Position numbers and translations under genes: made by a program
Virus genome (UHGV): UHGV-0214148
Source of the DNA: a virus
DNA length: 64,000 nucleotides
Strand: one strand, 5' to 3'
The notes under the pieces: generated by a model
Told to the model about the DNA's origin: nothing
What the model saw: the letters and a program-made list of their open reading frames with translations, nothing else
Database searches by the model: none
Shown: piece after piece, positions 35,802 through 45,087 of the stretch
Numbering within the stretch: position 1 is the stretch's first letter
How the letters are laid out: the number at the start of each line of letters is the position of its first letter

Positions 35802-37922
35802 TTAAATAACTACCCAGCTTTTGCCATCGGAACCAATCTGCATTAGCGTAATACTTTCATTGGTCTCAATGGGTTTGGCAAGACCTTCCGTCCCACTCTT
35901 TGGAGTGATGAGAACGTTTGAGTTTTCCGGTTTAACGATGATCTTACCAGCCTTATTTGCCACGATCTGTATATTTCTACCCACACTATATTCTAGATCA
36001 GGAATAGTAAGTTGGCCGCCACGGTTGGTGGCTGGGAAATACACATAAGACGACACATCTTCCTCAGATAACACTATACCACCAGAATCACGATTGACCG
36101 AGATCTCAAACTTAGAAATATCGATATCGTAGGCAGTAACTTTCGTAATATCTGTCAGAACCAATTCGTTCAAATCGGTATTAGCTGGACTGTTCGCCAG
36201 ATCAAACGGAGTGCCATTCTTGCCGTCAAGCACAGGTGTGACTTTGATTTTATTGTCACCCGGATAAATGATTTCAAGCGTATGCCAGTTATTATCGTAT
36301 GCACCAAAAGTTCCTAATTGCGCATTCTGCTTTTTATGATGCATCAGATAAAGATTCGTAGCGTCGGTCTGTAAGAAAAAAGACATTAGGTACGGGTTCG
36401 TCTTAGCCACACCAGCGTCAGCAAGTGTAGTACCAGAAGGTAGGTCGGACGCGGAAATACGCCAATAAAGTCCTAATCCGAAACGATCTGCTGCTAAATC
36501 ACCTTTTAGTCTAAAAGTAACGGTCAGACGTCCACCGTAACGTATCATGTCCGCAGCAGTCGCCATTGACTTAGTTACATTCCAAGGTTTCATCGTTACA
36601 GCCTTTCTTAATTCGACGAAATGCCCGTTTCCATCCTCAGTTTTTTGCACGGTTACGTTACAATCAACGATATTGTTCCAACCTTGCCCTTTCAGGGAAC
36701 CATCTCCACGACGACCGTTATAACCAACAGACTCTACTAATGGGGTATAGCTTCTTACCACATTCATATTGTCTTTGGAGCTCTTAGTGTCGTTCTTCGT
36801 CAGGAACATTGCACCAATCGCTGTTCTTGATAATATCTCGGCAGCTATTCTCTCTGAGATAATACCGCGTCGTGCCCAAGAACTGAAATGACTATTCCTT
36901 TCTGCAGACGTCCAGTTATCAGAACTACGGGAGGCAGCACCGTAATAGGCAGCACCAGTGATATTAGGATCGTCAGTGGGATCATTAGTCGGAACATGTT
37001 GGCCATTATCGTCGTACATGAATGGAACAAAAAAGATATTTTTTTGTTCGTTGTTACGATAATTACCGTATATGGTTTCATATTGAGCAGGATATTTTTC
37101 CTTCCAATAATAGGTAGTGTCCCCACAGATCCATGGTACTTCGGCGGTGGCGTACTCGGGCATCTGAGAGAGATGGTCAGAGAGATCAGTTCGGAAACGC
37201 TCTACCATTGCGTTAAATAACGCTGGTTGTTGTGCGTATTGTACTTTAGTCAGATCATACTCTCCCTGCATCCACACTACAGCCAAGAGTTTATTTTTAG
37301 GATTAACTTCCAGGGCTTTTTTGGTCCGGCTAACTAAATCTTTATAAAGCGGTTTGTCCACCCCCCATACCGATGACGCCGCAGAGGCTCCTGTGGCTTC
37401 ATCGAAGGTACCTTCTGCACCACCCGTGAAAGCAGAACCGCCGCGTGCGCAGGGTACTAGTAAGATACCGGCGTTCTTAGGAATATACGGGAGAAGACGC
37501 TTCGCGATATGAAGACCTTGACCCACACATCCGTATTCACCTTTGTCTAAATTGGCATTGGGATGCGAGTATTTGGACATATCTTGCACGTCGTGCAGAC
37601 AGTGATCCGCTGGAATGACGTCGTTATATTTACAATCAGCCCCATTAGGCGTTACCTTCGCACGGCGCGCCATCTGTTTAATTCGCGGATCGGGAGCGTC
37701 CAACGTCGCCGGTAGAGGCAACCCTTCACCATAACTCATCGCATTAGATTGCCCGGCTATAGGAATCACGAAGTAATACTCCGGCTCCGTCGTGCCCTGA
37801 AGTTTTGCAATATCAATTTTATATTCTTTTTCTTCCTTAGAAAGAAGAACTAACGCACCTTTGAGATCGCCAGAGAAATTGTCGAGTTCATGGATACGTT
37901 TCTTTCCAATTGGCTGACTCAT
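35802..37922 (-). CDS. tailspike-like protein with sialate-O-acetylesterase (SASA/SGNH) domain (706 aa)
   Basis: GQSNAMSYG and WMQGEYD blocks typical of the SASA esterase family; N-terminal roughly 35 aa resemble the N-terminus of the 1479-aa fibre. Confidence 0.7.
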   Translation of the reverse strand: MSQPIGKKRIHELDNFSGDLKGALVLLSKEEKEYKIDIAKLQGTTEPEYYFVIPIAGQSNAMSYGEGLPLPATLDAPDPRIKQMARRAKVTPNGADCKYNDVIPADHCLHDVQDMSKYSHPNANLDKGEYGCVGQGLHIAKRLLPYIPKNAGILLVPCARGGSAFTGGAEGTFDEATGASAASSVWGVDKPLYKDLVSRTKKALEVNPKNKLLAVVWMQGEYDLTKVQYAQQPALFNAMVERFRTDLSDHLSQMPEYATAEVPWICGDTTYYWKEKYPAQYETIYGNYRNNEQKNIFFVPFMYDDNGQHVPTNDPTDDPNITGAAYYGAASRSSDNWTSAERNSHFSSWARRGIISERIAAEILSRTAIGAMFLTKNDTKSSKDNMNVVRSYTPLVESVGYNGRRGDGSLKGQGWNNIVDCNVTVQKTEDGNGHFVELRKAVTMKPWNVTKSMATAADMIRYGGRLTVTFRLKGDLAADRFGLGLYWRISASDLPSGTTLADAGVAKTNPYLMSFFLQTDATNLYLMHHKKQNAQLGTFGAYDNNWHTLEIIYPGDNKIKVTPVLDGKNGTPFDLANSPANTDLNELVLTDITKVTAYDIDISKFEISVNRDSGGIVLSEEDVSSYVYFPATNRGGQLTIPDLEYSVGRNIQIVANKAGKIIVKPENSNVLITPKSGTEGLAKPIETNESITLMQIGSDGKSWVVI

Positions 37923-37925
37923 CTA

Positions 37926-38438
37926 CTACTCTCCAAAAGTTAAGATTTTATTGTCAAACGTCAACACGACAGAATCATCACCGATGCCACACGGTGTTTC
38001 ATCTGGGCCGAAAACCACCACGGAGAACTGTCCTTTATAAGCGATGGAATTTGGAGCGATGCTAAGCGTTACCGCGTCTTTACCTACCGTGAACGACTGG
38101 TCGGTTAAATCGTCGGTTTGTAAGTTAGCACCACAAACGGCATTGACGGATTCGATAAGATCGTGTGCATTAAACCCTTCACCTATTACTTTTACCAGAA
38201 TAGGTTGTTGGTTTAACCACCGCTCTGCGGTTAAACGGTTGTAGTAGATTTGCAACGTTCTGTTTCCAGGACGTTTAATCTTTACAATGGCAGTGGAGTC
38301 ACGATCCATTTCATCACTGGTTTTTACGTCACTGACTTCAACCTCGTTCTCTTGCAAGTCAAGTTGGAGGTCATGGTTAACCAGTGAAATAACCATGTTA
38401 AGTGAAGTTAGTGATAAATCTGGTGTGAATTTTTCCAC
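37926..38438 (-). CDS. hypothetical protein, paralogue family B (170 aa)
   Basis: GTG start with TAGGAGGT SD; shares PDLSL...NHD...YY.RL...CG.NLQ..DL and C-terminal CGIGDD.VLTF blocks with 44527..45087. Confidence 0.55.
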   Translation of the reverse strand: MEKFTPDLSLTSLNMVISLVNHDLQLDLQENEVEVSDVKTSDEMDRDSTAIVKIKRPGNRTLQIYYNRLTAERWLNQQPILVKVIGEGFNAHDLIESVNAVCGANLQTDDLTDQSFTVGKDAVTLSIAPNSIAYKGQFSVVVFGPDETPCGIGDDSVVLTFDNKILTFGE

Positions 38439-38492
38439 GTATGTTTACCTCCTAAGGTTGGGGGTCATAAAATATTGACTAAAAAACATTCA

Positions 38493-38501
38493 CCCCCCCC
38501 C
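38493..38501. repeat. C9/G9 homopolymeric tract, intergenic
   Basis: Nine consecutive C on the plus strand about 55 nt upstream of the family-B gene start at 38438. Confidence 0.6.
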
Positions 38502-38535
38502 ACGATTATTTTCAACCGCTTTCAGTTGAAAATAA

Positions 38536-38979
38536 TTAGCTAATTCTCAAATCACGCAGTGCGCCTGTCGATTTCATCGCGTTTTGGAACGCGCCACTGA
38601 TGTTATTAGTCCAGTAATAATGCTGTCCGTTAATAACCTGCTGATAGGTCAGTGCGCAGGTGTTACCACCTAAATTTACGGTAATGTTAGAGGCTCTGCC
38701 TCCTTGTAAGTAAACCGCTAAAGTAGGCTTTGCGTTGGCAACTATCGTCGTTAACTGTAACTCAATACCTACTAAAGTTCCCACCCCGCAGTTACCCGCG
38801 TTTTGAATGGTTCCCTGATTTTTCTGGTTTAACGGCCAGCTTGGTCCTACCGCGCCCCATTTCTTACCTAAAGAATCGCTATATGCAGCGGTTGCAATTT
38901 TACAGCCCATAGATCTTCCCACCATTTGACTCATCATAAAAGGTCTACCCAATCCTAATTTACTACCAGCAGCGCTCAT
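38536..38979 (-). CDS. adhesin-like Gly-rich protein, paralogue family C (147 aa as an intact ORF)
   Basis: Paralogue of 39298..39843; the conserved N-terminal extension and its SD/ATG lie upstream in another frame (see 38980..39044). Confidence 0.55.
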   Translation of the reverse strand: MSAAGSKLGLGRPFMMSQMVGRSMGCKIATAAYSDSLGKKWGAVGPSWPLNQKNQGTIQNAGNCGVGTLVGIELQLTTIVANAKPTLAVYLQGGRASNITVNLGGNTCALTYQQVINGQHYYWTNNISGAFQNAMKSTGALRDLRIS

Positions 38980-39044
38980 CCATTGTTCGCCCGTTTCGTT
39001 CTTAGCCGAAGAACCGACCCACGAACCGGTTACCCCCCCCCCAT
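38980..39044 (-). other. out-of-frame N-terminal extension of the family-C gene with its own SD and ATG, interrupted at a G-tract
   Basis: AGGAG 7 nt upstream of ATG 39044..39042. As sequenced the frame reads M-G-G-G-stop; one extra G, or two fewer, gives MGGGVTGSWVGSSAKNETGEQWMSAAG, which matches the paralogue's MGVASGWVGSSAKAVTGQEWMSVAG. Confidence 0.55.
39033..39042. repeat. C10/G10 homopolymeric tract at the start codon of the family-C gene
   Basis: Ten consecutive C on the plus strand; the last C is part of the minus-strand ATG. Confidence 0.7.
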
Positions 39045-39056
39045 CGCGATCTCCTG

Positions 39057-39287
39057 TTAAGATTTTCTACATGTTATTGAATCGAAAGCACCACGCCCAA
39101 CCCAACGCCAATTATAATGATGATCAGCTTTATAAAGTGTGTATCTGCCCTGCTTTTTTACGTCGAAAATATTGATCGTAGTCTCTTCATTACCCAGCTT
39201 AGCTGTGCCGTAACATACAGGTTCGGGTAGTTGTTGACATCCACTTACTGTAAGCAATGCGAAACCCAGTAAAACTTTTCTTAACAT
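39057..39287 (-). CDS. small lipoprotein (76 aa)
   Basis: Signal peptide with lipobox TVSGC; mature part about 58 aa; lies between the two family-C genes. Confidence 0.6.
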   Translation of the reverse strand: MLRKVLLGFALLTVSGCQQLPEPVCYGTAKLGNEETTINIFDVKKQGRYTLYKADHHYNWRWVGRGAFDSITCRKS

Positions 39288-39297
39288 CTTTCTGTCC

Positions 39298-39843
39298 TTA
39301 GACTACACTTATTGAAATTGTTGCACCGTTCTGATTAAATAACCAGTTGGTTGCCGTCTTAGCCTCATAGCGCCGGACGCCGTTACTGTAAGAGTACGGT
39401 AGAAAAGTAATCTTCGTTCCGTTAAACGAAAGCGTAATATTCTGATTTGGTCCATTAGTTAGGGCCATGTAGATAATACCAGTATTTTGTACTTGGCTAA
39501 GATGTGTGACGCTACAACCCAAGATCGAACCTGACACCGAACCGGCCGCATTTTGTGTTTGCACACGATTCGATACTGTAGAACCAGCACCCGTTGTTGT
39601 AGAGTTGTTCGAATACCCCCCATACGTATTTGTAATAGGAACCCACTGCGTGTTCGTAGCCTGCACCAAAACAACATAGGTTGATCGGCCTACAACGAGT
39701 TTAAGATCCTCTACGCTACGCCCGACCATCTGCGACATGTTAAATGGTGTGCTCAGTTTAAGCTTATTACCTGCCACACTCATCCACTCCTGACCGGTTA
39801 CTGCCTTTGCTGAGCTTCCAACCCAGCCGGATGCTACCCCCAT
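39298..39843 (-). CDS. adhesin-like Gly/Ser/Thr-rich protein, paralogue family C (181 aa)
   Basis: ORF length; paralogy with 38536..38979 including the N-terminal extension. Confidence 0.6.
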   Translation of the reverse strand: MGVASGWVGSSAKAVTGQEWMSVAGNKLKLSTPFNMSQMVGRSVEDLKLVVGRSTYVVLVQATNTQWVPITNTYGGYSNNSTTTGAGSTVSNRVQTQNAAGSVSGSILGCSVTHLSQVQNTGIIYMALTNGPNQNITLSFNGTKITFLPYSYSNGVRRYEAKTATNWLFNQNGATISISVV

Positions 39844-39861
39844 AAATCCTCCAAACTAAAA

Positions 39862-39881
39862 TAGGGGGATTACTCCCCCTA
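39862..39881 (-). terminator. intrinsic terminator
   Basis: Stem TAGGGGGA/TCCCCCTA. Confidence 0.5.
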
Positions 39882-39884
39882 TCT

Positions 39885-42800
39885 TTAATTCCCCTTGAGT
39901 TCTTTAAGCTCTTGGCGAAGAGTTTTCATGCCTTCTACTAACAACGCAATAACACCATTGTAATTTAGACGTAAACGTTTTTCGCCTGAAATGGCATCAT
40001 CATCCTCAGACACAAGCTCAGGTAACGCTTCTAGAGCGTCCTGAGCAATTAGACCTACAGAAGTCTGCCAGCCGTCGTCAGGATGCTGAATTTCGTACAA
40101 ATAACCGGTTAGTAACTCTAACCGATCCAAAGCCTTATCCAGCTTCACCAGATTACGTTTGTTACGACGGTCAGAACGAATCTGTACGTCGTTAAACGAA
40201 CCGTTACCGTTGCCAGTAACGTTATGTCCAAAGTTTACTTGGCCGTTAGAATTATTAAAAGACAACGGGCGTAATCCGTTCCAGGAACCCGCTGCGGCTT
40301 GTCCGGCGTCGGTTACTAAGAAATAGGTATTGGCACCGTCGTTACGTAAAATAAAACCGTAGGTACCGTAAGCGATTCGAAAATCAGGGTATTTAGTGGC
40401 CAATTTACCATTAACGGTTAAATCACCGCCTACAGTACCGCCCCCTGACGGTAACGCGCCCACTTCCGCAGCAGTTGGCTTGTTTCTCGTATTGTAAGCA
40501 CGACGCCAGCCTGGTGAGTATCCATCGCCGTTAAATACGTAGATAAACTCCGCATTAGTGAGTGCTCCGCCGACGCTCGTCGTTGTGGCGGTCGTTATAC
40601 GGATCGTGTAGTTGTTTGTGCTGTTGCCGTTACTAATGACTTCTATAACGGCCCCAGCTAACGGAATGACACCACAACCCGTCTCGCTGTGAGGTATGGA
40701 CGCACTGGCGGCATAAGCCCACGCACAGCGAGCAACCCACGATCTTGTGGTAAATGCGCCGTTATTTTTCAATAACGTCACTAGCTGTGCTGTAGTTATT
40801 GCACCGCCATTAGCGCCAGTTTCTAACCAACCACTAGGTGATGCCGGACAACCTATTTCGGCTGGCCCTAACGATATATTTCTAGTGCCATCAAACGCAA
40901 TACCATTGATGGTTCTTGCGGTTTGCAACTTTGTTGCCGTGGCTGCGTTTCCGGTGGTCGACTGATTCCCTGTTTGGTTTACTCCAGGTAAGTTGATGTC
41001 TTTAGTACCATCAAAAGCTACGCCACCTATATTTCGCGCAGTCTGGAGCTTAGTCGCAGTCGCAGCATTCCCCGTCGTCGATTGGTTACCGGTTTGGTTC
41101 ACACCGGGCAGACTAATGTCTTGCGAACCATCAAAGTTAATACCACCGATCTTACGTGGCGTTTGTAACTTAGTAGCGGTCGCTGCATTACCTGTCGTAT
41201 TCTGGTTACCTTGCTGGTTAACCCCCGGTAAATTGATATCCCCAGTACCGTCAAAGGTAACGCCCCCGATTCTGCGAGCAGTTTTCAGTTTCGTCGCGGT
41301 AGCAGCGTTACCAGTAGTATCTTGATTACCGGTGGTATTTACACCAGGAATACTATCACGGGCAGTATAAACTTGTGCCCAATCTGACCACGGCGCATCC
41401 GCTGTATCGCGTCGACTACGAATATAAACGGGTGCGTGCGCACCACTCGTGCCCGACCAACCGATTAACAGTTCACCTTCACCTAGCGCAGTAGAACCGC
41501 CCAAATGCAGCAAGTTACCATAAGCGGTCGGATAACCGTTATTGTAAACTTCGTACATCTGAATACCGGGTGTACCTTTGTTTGAACCGGTTAGTGCAGT
41601 AACCCGACCACGACCTACCAGGGTGTTGATATTGATGTCAGCAGAACCATCGAATCTCACACCGTTAATATTTCTGGCAGTTTGAAGTTTAGTGGCTGTC
41701 CCGGCATTACCCGTGGTGTTTTGATTACCCTGTTGGTTAACACCTGGGAGGTTAATATCAGCACTACCGTCGAAAGCGACTCCACCAATTCTACGTGCCG
41801 TCTTTAATTTCGTTGCGGTTGAAGCATTGCCTGTTAACTCGCCTGCTAACCCTTTTGCAAAGGTCTGTTTTTCTGCCCAGGTGTGTGCTGCATTCAATAC
41901 AGGCATCTGTCGTGGTGTAATCGTACGACTACCTTTCTCACCAGCGATACGTACTGCAAAGAATCGATAGTTGGCAGTAGACACCGTACTACGCCAAACC
42001 AACATACTCCGGCCTGATGTAGCGCCATCTGATGGACCAACCAGAATGCTAACTAAGTTACCGTCAATAACACCCCAATCCATTCCCGTAGGAATGTTTT
42101 TCATGGTGTTAAGCGGCGTACAGATTAACTCACCCGGTTTAAAGTCATAGGTTTGCCAGTCTAAAGGATCAACATTCGCACGTTCACCGCCGATACCTAA
42201 TACCAGCGGAAGCGAATACGATGTGAAAACCTCACGCCAATCGCTCCAAGCGTTACCCGTACGGATACGTTGGAATTTACGACCTTTAGTTTCTGTACCC
42301 GTACCGTATGTAGTATAATTCTGTTCGACCCCTGTACCGTCTAAGCGTAAGGTAACTTCACAAACGCCTAATATGGTTTCACCAGAAGAACCGGTAAGTG
42401 GACCGTTAGTTGCTTCACCAGTGACACTGAAACGTCCCGGTTTAACGAGATCGTTAAAATTGGCTTTAAAGAAAGCACCGTCAGTCTGATAACCAACCTG
42501 AATCCAATCTTCCCATTGCGGGTTTGATGAATCCCACGTTGCGGTCAAACCACGAACATACATCGTACCACGACGTGTGGTGTATCGCTGCAACCGTCCG
42601 AAAAGACCACCTTCCATTACTTCTAGTACGCCTTGCGCACCGCCACCTTCTTCAGGGTAATGTCTGCTAAAAACAGCCAGCGAACTGCTTGAGTTTCGCC
42701 AGTTACCCATATGCTCAGCGCCACCCAAACTGTTCAAGTCTATAGCGGTAGATAATGGACGTACACCAGTAGTTACCATTCTCCACGGCGACCAGGGTCC

Positions 42801-44324
42801 ATTGGCACCATTCCACTCGCCACTCAGCATACGGTTGTACACGTTACCATTACGACAGGTAAAACGCTGTGCACCACTGTAATTACCGGCTTTATACACT
42901 TCCAGATAACCGACTGCACCGTCTTCTGGGAAATGTTTTGCCATCGACGCATTGGTTGACGTCGACTTAGCCCACGTTCCTGTGTAATTGGCATCAGGAG
43001 CAAATGTGTTAATATCAGCATCTACAGGCATTTCGCCACGGAAACGTAGATAGGTGTCAGGAGACAGACCGATATTGCGAGCAAACGTTTCTTTATCTGG
43101 GATATCAGCGCCGTTAGAGTTTTTCTGTAACGCGCCATTCGCTTTATCTACAGTGGCTTTTAATCCCAAGAAATTGATGATATCCGCAGTTGACCCTTTC
43201 GCTAACAAGGATCTGGCCGTTTCTGTAAAATCCGTTAATCCGACTTTATTACTGCCAGTGAAATACATGAGTTTATTTGCCGCTGTGGTGACTGCGGCAA
43301 TGGCGGTGAGCAACGGACTGAGAGGTTGTTTCTGCGCAAGTTCCCCAGTAATCGTTGTTGCGAAGTTAGGGTCATTACCTAACGCCTCAGCTAATTCCGC
43401 TAAGGTATTTAACGTCTCGGGTGAAGAACCAACCAGTTCCGCAATCGCGTCACGCACCCAGGCCGTTGTGGAGATGCTCGTGTCGTTCGAGTCCTTCGGG
43501 GGTGTTGGGGATGACGGTTTACCCGTAAAATTCGGCGAATGTTTATTGGCTTTTAACTGTAATTCGTCATTCAGCTGTTTAACCGTGGACGGTGTGGCGG
43601 CCTCAGTCACGGATTCGCTAGTCAGTGTATCGTTAAGTTTAACGATACCTTTACCGGTCGTACTAGCGTCGATTAAGCCCTGCGCAGCGATTTTCTCCGC
43701 ACGTAAGGCAGCTGACTCCGAGCGTGTTGCTGCGCCTTCTGAACTTTCTTTATCTTTCGCGACCTGTGCAGCAATCTTCTCCACTGCGCCCTTACTGGCC
43801 TCAACTGAAGCCGCAGTATTCTCGACACCGGTAGCCGTCTGTTGGACTTGTCCGGCCTGTTGCGTAACCGTTTCTGCTTTCTTAGTTACATCAGCCGCTG
43901 CAGCCGTCACCGATTGTTCGCTTGTAGCGACAGCTTGAGCTTTCTCATTTACCGACTGTAATACAGTATCTACGGCAGTTTTCGCGGCTAAAACTTCAGC
44001 GTGTTTTTTGTTAACCTCAGCAGTTTTAGTGGCAACGGTTCCCGCTTGCTCGCTAACGGTGGAAGCTAACGTGTCAGTTTGTTGCTTCGCGGTTTCTGCT
44101 AAGTCTTTTGCTTGTGTGGCTTCTGTTGCAGACTGTTGTGATTTGGCCGCAGCCGTTTGTGCGTCAGCAACCGCGTTTCTGACGGTGTCAATATCCGCAA
44201 CAATCTCGCGGACAGGTAACTGATAATCCCTTTCGTCTTTCGAAAAAAGTAAAACGCCTTCACCGATATCCCCGGTGTATGGACGTAAATCGTGTAAACG
44301 AATTTTCTTTACCGCTTTAGCCAT
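39885..44324 (-). CDS. long tail fibre with coiled-coil shaft, tandem fibre repeats and C-terminal intramolecular chaperone domain (1479 aa)
   Basis: Ala/Gln/Thr-rich coiled coil; about six copies of a roughly 40-aa repeat (NTTGNAATATKLQTAR.IGGV.FDG..DINLPGVNQ.GNQ); C-terminal SDRRNKRNL...LTGYLYE resembles peptidase-S74 chaperone domains. Confidence 0.85.
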   Translation of the reverse strand: MAKAVKKIRLHDLRPYTGDIGEGVLLFSKDERDYQLPVREIVADIDTVRNAVADAQTAAAKSQQSATEATQAKDLAETAKQQTDTLASTVSEQAGTVATKTAEVNKKHAEVLAAKTAVDTVLQSVNEKAQAVATSEQSVTAAAADVTKKAETVTQQAGQVQQTATGVENTAASVEASKGAVEKIAAQVAKDKESSEGAATRSESAALRAEKIAAQGLIDASTTGKGIVKLNDTLTSESVTEAATPSTVKQLNDELQLKANKHSPNFTGKPSSPTPPKDSNDTSISTTAWVRDAIAELVGSSPETLNTLAELAEALGNDPNFATTITGELAQKQPLSPLLTAIAAVTTAANKLMYFTGSNKVGLTDFTETARSLLAKGSTADIINFLGLKATVDKANGALQKNSNGADIPDKETFARNIGLSPDTYLRFRGEMPVDADINTFAPDANYTGTWAKSTSTNASMAKHFPEDGAVGYLEVYKAGNYSGAQRFTCRNGNVYNRMLSGEWNGANGPWSPWRMVTTGVRPLSTAIDLNSLGGAEHMGNWRNSSSSLAVFSRHYPEEGGGAQGVLEVMEGGLFGRLQRYTTRRGTMYVRGLTATWDSSNPQWEDWIQVGYQTDGAFFKANFNDLVKPGRFSVTGEATNGPLTGSSGETILGVCEVTLRLDGTGVEQNYTTYGTGTETKGRKFQRIRTGNAWSDWREVFTSYSLPLVLGIGGERANVDPLDWQTYDFKPGELICTPLNTMKNIPTGMDWGVIDGNLVSILVGPSDGATSGRSMLVWRSTVSTANYRFFAVRIAGEKGSRTITPRQMPVLNAAHTWAEKQTFAKGLAGELTGNASTATKLKTARRIGGVAFDGSADINLPGVNQQGNQNTTGNAGTATKLQTARNINGVRFDGSADININTLVGRGRVTALTGSNKGTPGIQMYEVYNNGYPTAYGNLLHLGGSTALGEGELLIGWSGTSGAHAPVYIRSRRDTADAPWSDWAQVYTARDSIPGVNTTGNQDTTGNAATATKLKTARRIGGVTFDGTGDINLPGVNQQGNQNTTGNAATATKLQTPRKIGGINFDGSQDISLPGVNQTGNQSTTGNAATATKLQTARNIGGVAFDGTKDINLPGVNQTGNQSTTGNAATATKLQTARTINGIAFDGTRNISLGPAEIGCPASPSGWLETGANGGAITTAQLVTLLKNNGAFTTRSWVARCAWAYAASASIPHSETGCGVIPLAGAVIEVISNGNSTNNYTIRITTATTTSVGGALTNAEFIYVFNGDGYSPGWRRAYNTRNKPTAAEVGALPSGGGTVGGDLTVNGKLATKYPDFRIAYGTYGFILRNDGANTYFLVTDAGQAAAGSWNGLRPLSFNNSNGQVNFGHNVTGNGNGSFNDVQIRSDRRNKRNLVKLDKALDRLELLTGYLYEIQHPDDGWQTSVGLIAQDALEALPELVSEDDDAISGEKRLRLNYNGVIALLVEGMKTLRQELKELKGN
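40850..41340 (-). repeat. tandem roughly 120-nt coding repeats (fibre repeat units)
   Basis: Near-identical DNA units seen directly; further copies lie around 41640-41830. Confidence 0.6.
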
Positions 44325-44526
44325 GATATTTAATTCTCTATCGGGAGCTAAAAGATCTGAGGAAGTGTTTTACCCCTCAACATTTTTATAAGCGGATTAT
44401 TATACTGGTTTTAATCCATCATCTTCTAACGTGAAAGTGATGCCCAACTCCGCGCTTCATGATTTGGGATTGTTAAGTTTTGATAAAAGTTTGCTTTGAC
44501 CTCCATTACCGGTAAAACGGTCAAGT

Positions 44527-45087
44527 TCATGTAGCCGGGTTTTCTTCAGCTGTGTCGTCATCTGGAACCTCAAAGGTAAGAACGGCATCATCACCAATAC
44601 AGAAGATCGCATCATCTTCGTTTGCTAATGCTCGTTCGGTTGTATCGAATAACGTTACCATAAACGCATTCATCCACGCAGGAGAATCGTCAGCAACGTT
44701 AACAGCAATGGGTTCGTTACCTAAGGTGATATCTGCAGCACGTAAATCTTCGGGTTGTAAGTTCGTTCCGCAGAATTCATTTACAACACCTAAAATGTCA
44801 CGAAGGTTGTCTTCAGTACCGTCTAACGAAATCAAAATAGGTTCAGACGCTAACACTTCGTCCGCATCCAAACGGTCGTAATAAACAACCACAGAAGCAC
44901 CATCAGGTTTCCTGATTTTTGTAATCTCTGTCAGTGTGTTACGACGCGAAGTGGTCGGGGACGGGTTTGCCATAGTGTTGCTAATACGGATTTCGTTTAG
45001 AGACAACCGTGAACCGTTATCGTGGTTGATTAAAGCGACCACTAATTCGGCTGAGGCCAGACTTAAATCAGGTACGTAAGTAGTCAC
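44527..45087 (-). CDS. hypothetical protein, paralogue family B (186 aa)
   Basis: Start reassigned to GTG 45087 (GGGAGG 5 nt upstream); the track ATG 45153 lies upstream of terminator 45121-45144, and homology to 37926..38438 begins right after the GTG. Confidence 0.55.
   Translation of the reverse strand: MTTYVPDLSLASAELVVALINHDNGSRLSLNEIRISNTMANPSPTTSRRNTLTEITKIRKPDGASVVVYYDRLDADEVLASEPILISLDGTEDNLRDILGVVNEFCGTNLQPEDLRAADITLGNEPIAVNVADDSPAWMNAFMVTLFDTTERALANEDDAIFCIGDDAVLTFEVPDDDTAEENPAT

Noticed and set aside
39030-39044. Mini-ORF M-G-G-G-stop as a real leader peptide
   Set aside because: Better explained as the genuine start of the family-C gene thrown out of frame by the G-tract.
40850-41830. 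Regularly spaced direct repeats, considered as a possible CRISPR array
   Set aside because: The repeats are in-frame coding units of the fibre protein (about 120 nt, imperfect, with no unique spacers).
43054-43938. 294-aa plus-strand ORF inside the giant fibre gene
   Set aside because: Antisense to the coiled-coil region; its Ala/Ser/Val-rich translation is a mirror artefact of the repetitive codons, with no SD.
44399-44404. TATAAT -10-like hexamer on the minus strand upstream of the giant fibre gene
   Set aside because: No credible -35 element or TG extension at the right spacing; not reported as a promoter.
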